DNA of 64,000 bases, from contig CM097886.1 in assembly GCA_044892525.1 (NCBI GenBank), forward strand, positions 129,518,001 to 129,582,000, given 5' to 3'. Below, piece by piece: positions 11,663 through 24,115 of the stretch. Position 1 is the first letter of the stretch. Each line of letters starts with the position of its first letter. Source of the stretch: Schmidtea polychroa. Lineage: Eukaryota. A program made the translations under genes and the position numbers. The notes below the pieces were generated by a model. The model was not told the origin of the DNA. It worked only from the letters and a program-made list of their open reading frames with translations, and searched no databases.

Positions 11663-14600
11663 TAAAGATATTGCGCATTCAAATCTGCAGGATGGAACAT
11701 GCTCGCTGACACATGAAGTTACATAAATTCAAGCGTAAACAACTATTTTAAAAAGAGTGGGTGGCCCACATTTGTTTACGAGTATATACGTTTAGAGCAG
11801 TGAAAGGGTTAACAATATTAGTATCTAAATTATGAAATTAATCCCCCTCCATAGCGGAAATCGCTTTTAAAAACATTATATTTTTTCTAACTATATACTT
11901 TACGACACAAAACAATTAATTACTGCACTTTTTAGCAAAAAAAATTAGACAATTAAAAAGTTTATTTATTTTTTAACCAACCAATGTTTTAAGTTAAAAG
12001 GCTCAATAATTTCGATGTCTTTTCTTTTGAATTTCTTAACCTAAAATGCTTTTGAATAAACGGGCTTTAGTTAAAATATTTTTTTATTTTTTGCGAGGCT
12101 TCAAAACACTTTTAATTTGTTATAATTCTAATAGTTTTCATCGGGGGATACCGAATTTATTTGAAATCTGGTAAAATTCTTGGAATATGAACTTGTTGCT
12201 TTTTAATATTTCACTTGGATTTTCTCTGAAACCCTTCCACAAATACTATTTATTATTGGCGCGTATCACTTTGTTGTTTAGGAAAGAAAGTTTTATTTTG
12301 AGTTTCTCATCAAACCTTTCATATCAATCCAATGATCAAATCACTATTTCATGACAATGCATGGCTTACTGAGAAATGTAACAAACAGAGACTTTGGTTT
12401 GAAAACTTTATTTGGTACTTACCAAGTTTTGACAGATGCCTAAGACCCATAAAGATGTTATAGCAAGAAAAAGTAAATTCAACTCATTCTAGAACGGAGT
12501 AGAAGGGTACAAATGTTCAGCAATGACAGTCAAATTTCATTTAACCTGATTAGTATAACTATGCAACGGATATCTACCGCTGACTTACGTAATAAGTCAC
12601 ATTTTCAAAAATTAAGTTCTTGCACAAACATAATCGTAAACTCTTAGCGAAATGAAGTCGGATTTCTAATATTTTAACCTTTGCTCCATTCTTGATAACA
12701 GAGAAACTGTTGAAATCGATCAAAATATATAACTAACATAATTATAAAATATTATTTCCGAATGACTGATAAATTATTTATAAATTATGATTTTACAAAC
12801 ATTCAAAAACCCCTTTCCTTTAAATTGGTAGCAAGAAAAACTTTCCCTTAATTTTGTTTTAAATATCGAAATATTTTTATTTTTATTTTTTCTAAAGTTT
12901 TAAAAACATGGTTTAAATTAATTCTGTTAGACTTTTCATTCTCTTATAAAGGGTCATGGGCCATAGTTTATGAATAGAATTATATAATGGTTTATTCCAA
13001 AAGATGACTAAACTGTGTAAGATTTGACGGAACTTGCAGAAAAGAAAAGCAAAAACTAACTGTACCTTACATACTAAATACATAAAAACTTGAAAATACC
13101 ATGAACATTAGGTGACAGTACAAAATATAACATCATTGATGTATGAAAAAACGTCAGCTTTTACAACACTGGCTTAACTCATAAAAAGCCCTCATATCTT
13201 AAAAGGTATAACCTTTAAAATCTATATTTCTATGTAAATATTCAAATTTTCCCGCGCAAACCAATTGTTTGATGCGCAGCTAACTTCATTCTATGTCATA
13301 TATTATGTAATTTTAGTTTCAGTATTTCAAGAAATTAAGGTTTAAAGTGTACATTCTAATTTTTAATAAAATAGTCTTGAGTATCTAAAACTCTTTACAA
13401 AAACTAAGCTCCGAAAATCTTTTTCATCAGAAAATAACGCCTCCCTCCATTAATGTTCAGTTAGAATTACAGACGGATTTATTAAATTTTTAAAAGATTT
13501 TTGTCAGAAATTATTATTGATGAGTATTAGGATATTCTTTTATTCTGACTGCCCACGAAATCTGGAACGTTTGCTCACACTAGCTAAGAATAAAATTAAG
13601 ATTGAATAATTATTATGTAACAAACTAATAATATCATTCAATCAAATTCAATTGAAAAAGACAGTGCCGAAAATTCGTGAATATCAAAAACATCGATATA
13701 TTTACTGATTCATGGTCAAGTCAATTATTTTCCTAACTGCGAATTTTGGCATTTAAATAAAGAAAAATTGAATTCATCATACAATAAGGGGTTCAAGTAT
13801 AGTCAATTTATGCGAAATAATTTAGGTTCTATGCGATTGTTTGAATAAATGAAATGTATCTATCCTTTTGCATATAAATATATGTATTTTTCTGTGCAAT
13901 TTTTGTAATTGAGAAAAATGAATTTCTACCAAAGTGCTGTAAATTTTCTACAATATATAAAACTTTCCTTGAAATATCAAATCTCACTTTTCTTCAAAAA
14001 TGCCTTTTTGGAACTTCTGAATTGCTGGAGGAAGTGAGTGAACCACAATGTGTCTTATATTGAAAAATAAAGCCTACATACCCTTTTTGTTATTATGTTA
14101 AAATATACCGTTCACTTTGGTTTCTTTTAGTATTAAGTCCGGGTACTCATTGACCACACCATGTAATTAACTTCATTTAAACCAACATGCATATTTTGTC
14201 ATTTTATTCACATTCATTATTTCTTCATTTTTATATCAATAGATCAATATATCCGAATTATACACAAATATGTAACAGCTGATGCTGATTTTCAAATAAA
14301 ATGTTTTCCTAAAATTTTTACATAATTTGAATGTATTGATTTATTATTGTATAAAAATGAAAAGAAATAAGTTGAAAAAGTCGATCAATGGTGAAGAAGA
14401 TAAAAGAAATTAAATGGTTTTGATTCAAAATTTATAATTTATTGAAAATGGAAACCTTGTTAATGAACTTAGAAACAGTGATAGAAGTTCTGAAGCTGGT
14501 GTCACCAAGTGCACTCTGGTCAGATTGGATCTAGTTTTTGTTCAGATGTAATTGTTGTAGTGATTGTATTTGATCAGTACAACAAATTCATCTTGATAGA

Positions 14601-15619
14601 TCAATTGAGTCATTTTCTGATCGGTGCTAACCATATTTGTTACCTTTGAGAGTTGAAAATTAATTACCTTTGTTTAACATTTACGTAAACACCAATATGG
14701 TCACCAAATTGTTTAACTGTAATTTATTCACTGTCTGAGACAGACTTTATTTTCACTTACATTTCAGTGAGAAATTCAGTAGAAAATATCGTGAGAAACA
14801 TTCCATAACATATGTCCATTGATATCCCAATAAATTGTCCTTTCTCTTGATAATATATTATGTCCTTCCGCCAAGTCTTTTGGTTATTGAAAAATATACT
14901 TTACATAGATATTTGCCTAACATCCGAAATATTTATCGCGAAATATTTATGAATTTCGAAAACAAATCTCGAAGGATGGACTATTTGACTGTATTCTATA
15001 GGTCTAATATAGGTCTTGATAATAGGTCTTCATATAGGTTAGTTATACAGTTTGTCCTTCATAACGAAAGTTATCTTAGGAATTAATGTGAAACTGGAAG
15101 AACTCATTAAAATCTGTAAATCGATATATTGTAAGAATAATTTCCCTTTGACTATCATACCATCGAAGTACAACTTGGTACACTCCTTGAATATCTTTGT
15201 AAAGAATACATTTTCTTTCACTTCATAGATGAAACTTTCAATGATATTCAAAGTTTTTCATTCATTATGAAGCCCAAAAATATTTTCATAGACAAATGTC
15301 ATCCATATTGCATAAAAAGTCTTCAGAAAATTTCTATTTCGAGGAGGATGATTCTAATGATTTCAAAACGGAAATAATTAATTTTATTTCTTTAGTGCCA
15401 TATTTAACAGAATTGCCTGCCTGCTTAATAAAATATAATTCTGAGGTTTTTGGATTACTTCTTGCTATTACCTCTTATCATGTTGACTGCCGTGTCAGCC
15501 ACCAGTGACCGACACCAAGGTATTCCAATTAGACCGGGTCTACCCCCGGAGGTCGACACGACATACCTAACTTTAGATTGTCATTTTGTTCCTTCAGTCA
15601 CGCGTTCTGTATAAACTAC

Positions 15620-18100
15620 TATTAAACTTGGCCTATTATATTAAGTTAAACCTTAAAACGTTAAAACATTTTTTGGGCATTTTATGAAAATCTTATTAGC
15701 AGTAATAAAAATGCATATTTTCTGTAAAGAAGCGAGTATTTTACCATTGACCTACTGATTTTGAATGCATTCTATACATATTGATAAAGCTTTAGTGATA
15801 TCATCATTCATTGATTTCCAATATTATTTGTTTTTTTGATTATTTCTAAGTCTTTTTCATACCGAGACGAGCATGGAACCTGTGGAGGCCTTTTATAATA
15901 CTTTCTTATTTTGCTTTAGGTACCATTAGCCTGTAAACTTCTTTATAACAACGATATTAATGAACCACCTCTTACTCTCAGATTTTTTCTATGAGACCAA
16001 AATAAGGAAATATATGGACTTTTATTCTCCATTGGACCCCTATTTCCATTAGTTAATCTCTCTTCTCTCATACGTTTAATTGCTTTCTCAATATCGATAT
16101 ACCTTTCTTGTTTCTAAGTGATAATATGGACAAGGCATCTGTTCCTTTTCCTTTCGATATCCTATGAAATTTTTGTAATTTTGCCTTCCATGCGAAATTT
16201 TAAAATATATTTGGTCAATTCCGATTTAGTAGTTGTTTCAAATAATGAATAAATTATACAACAAGTGTCAAAATTGCGAAAAGCTTTTACTTTGTTTCCT
16301 TTGTTGTCTCTTATTTTTGAACATTTTTGAACACCCTATCTTTCCAATCTTGTATTTGTAATAATATTGTTTTCAAATGGTCATGTTTGTATAAAGAATT
16401 GTATCAAGTATATTGCTGTTTTCACTTGGTAATACTAACACTAGAACTGATAATAATAATCTTTGAAATTCATAAAAAGTAGTCTTTCTTTGTTCTAAAC
16501 AAAGGTTATCTTCACCTTTTACCTTTGCGCTTACTTTTCCAAACGTTCTTACATAGTTTTTAATGAATCTTCGACAACAATTGCAAAATCATAAAAATAT
16601 TTGCATTTCTTTTTTGCTTATTAGCATCATCCATTTGTGAATGGTTTTGATTTCTTAATATTATAACTATGCATTTCTTTCTCCATGTGATTTGCGTTCT
16701 CAAATAAAAACTTTGTTTATTGAATATTATATAGTTTACTGACAAATTATAAGTAACATATTAAATGAAATATTTTGTGTAGATTTCTATGGATTTTTAT
16801 GAGTCTTATTGTGAAAAGGTTTGAGAAACGCTGAACTAAATTACCAACTATCTTTTATTTCAGAATGCACAGAGATATTAATCAAATATTTTTAATTATT
16901 AGAATTTTGCAGCACTGACTGACAAAGCTAGAATATTTGATAAATAATTTATTAATAAAAATTATACTATTCAATCACCAAATTCAGACATTGTATAAAC
17001 ACAAAACTGCCAAAAGAAAGTCATTTATGATATAAATAATAAAAACAATCTAGTCATTCTACAATGAGTACGAGGGTACAATGTTTGACAGCCAATATGA
17101 CACCCTTGTCATTTTGATATTTTTAGCAAAGGACGTTCAGTTTTATTGATTTAATTATGACTGCATCAATAAATATCGGATCTGGATCAGATTTCTGTAT
17201 TAAATTCAATTTATGATCACCTTTTTATTCAAATGAGAAACGTCGGTTCTTTGAACAACGAGTAAAAATATTTGAAAAATTAATAAAATAAACGACATAC
17301 TATTGTACTTTTACGCACGTTTTACAAACGATAAAACAAAATGAGTATAAAAAGTATCAGTAATTTCATTTATTACAAATTTACTTTAAAAGTTTGATTC
17401 ACCGCAATATTTTATATGAAAACGCTATGATGTATTTTTGTCAAATAAGTGTTGAAAAGTTATCAAGCGGATTTCTGCTCTTACAAAATATGTATTTTCA
17501 ACTCATTATTTTTTAGACTAGCAATAAACTTCTTGGATATTCCTTGGATATTTGAGATCCCAGCACCAAACCAAATATCCCAAGAATATAGTCATTACCC
17601 ATAAATGTATAATATTCTATTCCATTTTTATAATAATAATACGCAACACCGTATTGACCACAGATCCTCTTTATGTGTTTACCCTCGTTTATCAGACTGT
17701 TTAACTAATTGCAATCTAAATTTCCAGTTTGTTTATTCTCCCTAATCCCTCGGGTTCTCCATTGACTCGGACTTCCCATTAGGTGGGGTTTTCCATTAGC
17801 CAATTAAATAATTAATTAATACTTTGTGTTTTCCATATTTGCCTGTTTTTCGACCCTTTCTAAACATTTTCTTGCTCACTGTCTTCTTCACCATTCCCTA
17901 ATCTACACCTCTCCCGTTTTCCAGCTTAAATTTCGACAACATTTCACTTTATTCCAATTCCTCAAATTTGCGCATTTTTCCATTTCGTGTCTGATTGTAC
18001 CCTTTTATAGTTCTGTTTTCGTCATATCTTTCTTTGCCATTACTGCTCTGGTTGATCGTCATTCTCTTTCGTTCAATTTCGGTTTTCTTTTTACTCGAAA
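15620..18100 (-). pseudogene. Decayed Ty3/Gypsy pol remnant (RT end, RNaseH, integrase Zn domain)
   Basis: Minus-strand peptides with frameshifts: CRRFIKNY..LVLP..ILDT, KGKGTDALS, RLMVPK..IIKGLH..HARLGMKKT, YWKSMNDDITKALSICIEC. Confidence 0.7.
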
Positions 18101-19919
18101 CTATTCAATTTAACATTATTAAATTTTTCAACCTCTTTATTGTGATGTTTGGATGTTATAAGTTTTGTATTTATATATACAATTGTTTTTATCTTTAGAG
18201 TTTATGTGTGTAATGGCAATTTTGTTAGAATAAAAAGTGTCGGGACAATCGGTGTGCTTGTATGTACAATAGTTTAAGAGATACAAATTAACAATTAAAT
18301 AAAATTACGAATTTAATTTAACCAAAAATAAATAATACTTTAGAAAATCGTCAGGTAGCAGTGATTGAACTGTTATTTGCAGTAGATACGATACTGATAT
18401 TTGCCAGAACAATTGAGAGAGAAGAATCAGCTTAAGCTATATGATTATGATTTAGATTTTTAGGATTTAGATTCGTTTTAGGGTACAAAATAATTCTCAG
18501 CTTGTATAAAAGCCTGGATCTTCAAATTTGGATGTTGATAGCTTATATTAGAATTAGGGAAAAATGCTTCTTAACTTATATTAAAGCTTGGATCTTTTGT
18601 ATTAAAACTTGGATCTTCTAATTGTTGGGCTAAGAAGAACAAAAAAATAAAATAGCATAAGTAAATGAAAAAGAGAATGACAATAAGTAACAATAAAAGT
18701 AACCAATCAAAAAAACAATCAAAAATAACTTAAAAATAGATATAAAATAAATACAACGAAATAAATAAGGGAAAAACATAGAATTAAAATAGAATTAAAA
18801 GAACTATAAAACCGCAGAATACCGGTAAAAGTAGAAAATAACAAAAATATGATTAATTTAATAAAAATATTTTAAAAATTAAAATAATAACAAGAAAAAC
18901 AGATATAAGAAGACAAAATGAACAATAAAACATTTAATTTAAATTAGATTTAATAAAATATGACCGCTCAATTTTTATTGGTCTAAATAGCCACACTAAA
19001 AAACTATATAAGGATCGCATAAAATCTAGACAGTTAATGTTAAAATTAACCAACTATAGGTAAGTATAATCAAACTAATGTCAATGGTAAAATTAATCAA
19101 CTATAGCTTAACTTTGGAAGCAATCAAATCACTCGACAAATCACTCGTGGACTCAAGCAGAATCTATGAACTATCATTCAACTACTATTTTGGAGAATTA
19201 TTTTGGAGAAACCAGTTCAATTTTTATTTTCATTAATACACCTAATTTCGAAAGTTAACATTGTTTATAATGCACGTTGGTGTGCACACCAGTTGAGGTG
19301 ACTCACCATTTATGTGAAAATGCTTAACTTAACTTCATTTTTGAAAAATCGTTATCAGTTAATTTTTTTAATTTTAAGTAACTTTTAAGACTTGAATTTT
19401 GATTTTATATAATTATGAGATCATTATTCAAGTTCTTAAATATTACTTTTAGCCAGCATTTATAATATAAAATATTGATAATTAAATTTCAGGTGTTGTT
19501 TAGGAATTTTATGACATTTTATGAATTTATTTGGAATTATTTCTAAAAAAATTATTATTAAAAGAACGAATTTTGAGTAAAGTTTTTGATAAGGAGACCC
19601 ACCTTAATTATACTTGGAAAATTCTATGCTTTTTTATATTTGTATTGAAAATCACAGGACCAAAGATACTTGAATTTTTTATTGGAAATCCCATATTTAT
19701 TTTATAGTTCATCATCTTTAAATAATCATTTTTACGAAAAATAATTTGATTATAACTTGTTTTAAACTTTGTTTAAATATAAAAGCAAATTTTATAGTTA
19801 GTTTTTTAAATTCAAAGTAAAGTTATTTTGTATATAAAATAATTTTATAACTCTATTTTAGAACCGAATTTCAAAATTATTTATTCAATATTATTTGTGA
19901 TAAAATTTTAGTGGCTTTC

Positions 19920-20420
19920 AAAATGAGCTTTCGATTAATAAATTCGGATGATGGAAACACTAACTTGTTGCATGACCAAAACCATGTCACCACAAGGCCA
20001 CTAATAATATTTTGAATAATGATAATAATTTCACTATGAAAAAGATGGTGGTCATCAATTGTTAATAACTATACCAATAATAAGGATAATAATAATATTT
20101 ATATATCAGTAGATAGATGTTGCACTGGGCTTTAAAATGAACTTTCAATTAATAAATTCGGATGATGGAAACACTAACTTGTTGCATTACCAAAACAATG
20201 TCACCGCAAGACCACTAATAATATTTTGAATAATAATAATAATTTTTGATAAGTCATCGGATGAGTCATGGTCTTTGTTCTATAAAAGTGATGAGTCATC
20301 GGATTAGTCATTTCTTTGTTCTATAAAAGCGATGAGTCATCGTGTTTGTTCTAAAAATTTCCAACCGGGGGAGGGGTGTATGTGGTCTTGCGGTGACATG
20401 GTTTTGCAGTGCCACAACCA
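19920..20420. repeat. Two direct ~120-bp repeats plus an inverted partial copy and short GAGTCAT repeats
   Basis: AAATGA(G/A)CTTTC..GGATGATGGAAACACTAACTTGTTGCAT..GTCACC..CCACTAATAATATTTTG at ~19920 and ~20135; GTGGTCTTGCGGTGACATGGTTTTG at ~20380 is the inverted form. Confidence 0.65.
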
Positions 20421-23392
20421 TCTACTGCTCATGTTCTGTTTTATTAGATGGTTCAATGTTTAATAGATTTCTTTGTTTATTTCTTTGTTTAACTCATACT
20501 AAGTAATTGATAATAATAATTAAAATGAAAAAATAAATACAAATTTGTTGATATTATTAGAATTTGTCCTCAGAATAAAATCTTAAAAATAATAATAATG
20601 ATAATAATGCTAATAAATANNNNNNNNNNNNNNNNNNNNNNNNNNNNNNNNNNNNNNNNNNNNNNNNNNNNNNNNNNNNNNNNNNNNNNNNNNNNNNNNN
20701 NNNNNNNNNNNNNNNNNNNNNNNNNNNNNNNNNNNNNNNNNNNNNNNNNNNNNNNNNNNNNNNNNNNNNNNNNNNNNNNNNNNNNNNNNNNNNNNNNNNN
20801 NNNNNNNNNNNNNNNNNNNNNNNNGGCCGACAAATTACCGAAGACCTAGGATATTAAAAACATTATTTTGTAAATTAAATATAATAGGGTTGGGGGTCTT
20901 CTTTATTCCTTAATTAATACGTATTTACAAGCTTATCGTCGTGGTGGGCGGTTGTAATCCAAACAGTGGGAGGCCTCTGTAAATATATATTGTTGTTAGT
21001 GAATACATTAATTAATTTGGTTATAGTGCCATTGACGCATTGTCATGCTCGCACATTTGGAATATATTTTAATACGTTTCGAATGTGCTGGTAGTTGACT
21101 ACCCTGACAAGCTAAGCGTTATGTTCCGTACGGAGAACTATGATGCCCAGGTTCGTCTGACCCTACTTTGGGGAGGCACAGAAGACTCATGTGGACACGA
21201 ACAAATATCCACCGTGTCTTTCAGGCACAGATATTTGGTTACTACTCATTAGGCCTGGCAATACTAAATGCATAAACTTCGCCTTGTCCTCTCTTGTCTT
21301 GATTTTTATAGTTTAAATAATTATTAAAAATTATAAAAATAGTATGAGGGTTTAAAGTTTTACATGTGATAATTAAATTTTTATTTTAAAATTATTTACT
21401 AACCCTAATATATATGTGTGTATTTTAAGCTCAAAATACATTTTTTATTTACTCAAAATTCACATTTATTTCCTTAAAATTTTACACTTAATTGTTGACG
21501 AATTTCTATAGGTTAGGCCATATCACCAATAGATTGAGATAACGATCGAATTTTTCATGATTTTAATAAATGTTTAGTTTTAATATGAGAATAGGTTTTC
21601 CTAAGTATAGATTAATAATTTATATATTTTTTAAATATATGTATGTAAAAGTTGACTGAAAAAGGCATTGGTTTAGGTATTTTGATTGTGAATAAATAAT
21701 GATGTCATTTTGTAGAGTTTTAAATTCTATCTATATATATTTGAGTTGACAATTATTCTCATTTACCATTCATTATTTTCAAAAATTATATAAACTTCAT
21801 TTATAACTAGAAAGCTTAATTTTTTAAAATAGAATTAAACTAAACTTACAAAGTTTTTAAACTGTTTTTTAAAATAATATTTAAGCTATAAAAATCATAA
21901 GATTTATTAAATTTTAGAATTCTAAATTAACAGGTTATTCGAATTAATTATGAATTATTTGCAGAAATTAGTAGGTTTTATTAGTGCATTAACATATTAT
22001 CAATTTATAGAATATTGAGAAACACAGTTGAGAAATGAAAAAACTTTAAAAATAATATATTTATCAATAAGATTTATTATTTTCAATAATAATTTATTTT
22101 TAAGTTCATAAAACCGAGAGAAATTTTATTTAATAATATTTACTGTGACAAACAGAAATTCGAATTGATATAAATATTTAATGCCCTGATATAAAATTCT
22201 CACATACCCCAAATAAAAAACACTAAAATAAAAATATAAACAGTTTTGCGTACAGTGCTAACACATATAGTTAACTAATCATCGGTATGTTATTACTTTG
22301 TTGCAATATTTTTATAATCTTGTTACAAATTGCTTAAATATTTTACAATAGTTGAATTTTATCCAAAATATGTTATTACTTTGTTGTAATTTAATGAAAG
22401 GTTTCATAATTTTGTTGTAATTTAGTGTAAAATATTTATTAAGTTGCTGCCATTCACCGAAATAATTTCCCACTTTATTGCAACTTAATGAATAATTTAT
22501 AACATTATTGTAATTTATTGAAAGATTTTCGTTATGTTGTTTTGATTTATTTTAATATTTTTATCAATTTTGTAACCATTAAATAAAATAATTTATTATT
22601 TTGCAATAATTAGTGATTGAATATAGTTTAAAATACTATAAAAGAATTTTTTATTTAATGATGCAATGAATTTTACAGTATTGATATTATTCATATGCAA
22701 TAAAGATGCAATATCAATGCATTATTTTGATTGGTTGGTATGTGCTTAACCTCTATGACTTGTATGTATTGAATAATATTAATTTCTGCGTGTGTATGAA
22801 ATAATGTTAATATGTGCGTGTTTTAATATATGTATACGCATTTGAGTGAGTTTATTGTAATATGTATTAACATCTATTACACTAAGATCTGTGTGTTACT
22901 TATTGATTCTAAATAATACCCTACCCTTACTCGATTTATTGATAACTATTTTTGTAATTAAAACATGTTGGGCTGTAAATATTTCAAAAAAGAGATATAA
23001 AATGAATGAATGCGAAAGATGTATCGTTGCTTAAAAAGATCTGTAAATTCAAAAATGGTGCACTAAAAATGAAATTTCACAATTTTGATTATGTCATAGT
23101 CTCATTTAATAGAGAATTTAATTTCAAGTATATTGACATAAAGATTTCTTATAAAAATTTAAAATTGATAATATAATCAATGATTTAAACAAAATTAAAA
23201 TTATTACATAATCGATAATTACAACAAAATTTAAAAATTAAAAAAAGAAATTTATTGAGGGGAGGCTATCGCAAAAAAGGAAGGTAGTGGGGGTTATCTT
23301 AAAAATTTTTTAAAAAATGTAGGGGGGGATCTTTTAAAAATTAAAAAAGGGGGGTATCTAGATATGGAGTGCACATGGATCTGGAGTGCACA

Positions 23393-24082
23393 TAACTACC
23401 TACTAATATAATTAAATATTTGTATTGAAAATATCCTGAGACCTTAAATTACCATGCTTTTTTAGTGAAGACCCCCATTTTGTATGGAAAATCCCAGGAC
23501 CAAGGAGACCCCCTCACTATATTCAGAGAAATCCTTGGCTTTTTTAGTGTAGAGCCTTTTTGTATTGAAATTCTCAGGTTCCTTCGAGAGCTTCTCACTA
23601 TAGTTAGAAAAATCCTTTTCTTTTTAGTGAGAACCACAATTTTTTATTGAAGACTACCTTTTTCTATTGAAAATATCCTGAGACCTTAAATTACTACACT
23701 TTTTGTATGGAAAATCTCAGGACCAAGGAGACCCAACTTATTTTAATTAGAAAAATCCTTGCTTTTTTAGGGATAGTCGGATTTTGTATTGGAAATCCCA
23801 GGACCAAGGAGACCCCCTCACTATAGTCAGAAAAATCGATGCTTTTTTAATGTAAACCCTTTTTTCTATTGAAATTCTCAGGTTCCACCGAGAGCTCCTT
23901 ACTATAGTCAGAGAAATCTTAGCATTTTTCTATAGGCCCCTTCTATTTGTATTGAAAAAAATATGAGTTGCTTACTGCCGCAATTACATAATCAAAAAAG
24001 CAAAAAAAAACGAGTTGCCGCAATTTTTTTGCCCCCTCCCACTGGGGAGGGGTTTGCGATAGTAGGCTACTAACTACCTACT
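23393..24082 (+). mobile_element. Putative Polinton terminal region: ~80-bp subterminal repeats ending in TAACTACCTACT
   Basis: Units of GTATTGAAAATCCCAGGACCAAGGAGACCCCCTCACTATAG are shared with 51130-51560. The same 12-mer occurs at 23393-23404, 24071-24082 and 51623-51634. A CT-3' end fits the Polinton AG...CT rule. Confidence 0.55.
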
Positions 24083-24104
24083 GATGTGTCAGCAGCTTCT
24101 AATA

Positions 24105-24115
24105 TGGCGACCACG
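24105..24115 (+). promoter_or_regulatory. Primer-binding site, probably tRNA-Arg(UCG), overlapping the gag ATG
   Basis: TGGCGACCACG directly follows the LTR remnant. It is complementary to a tRNA 3' end CGUGGUCG-CCA; tRNA identity is from recollection of Arg-UCG acceptor stems. Confidence 0.65.

Larger units (their letters stand above)
4643..17937 (+). repeat. Segmental duplication, copy 1 (copy 2 at ~31626-42357)
   Basis: Long colinear near-identical sequence from ATATATCATCGGCTCAG to ATTTCGACA, including the CA gene, MITEs and a decayed Gypsy. Confidence 0.92.

Noticed and set aside
20900-21300. GC-richer island after an N-gap
   Set aside because: No ORF, RNA fold or terminal repeats could be supported.
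23415-23960. Regularly spaced repeats resembling a CRISPR array (also 51130-51560)
   Set aside because: The context is eukaryotic, units are degenerate over their whole ~80-bp length with no unique spacers, and there are no cas genes.
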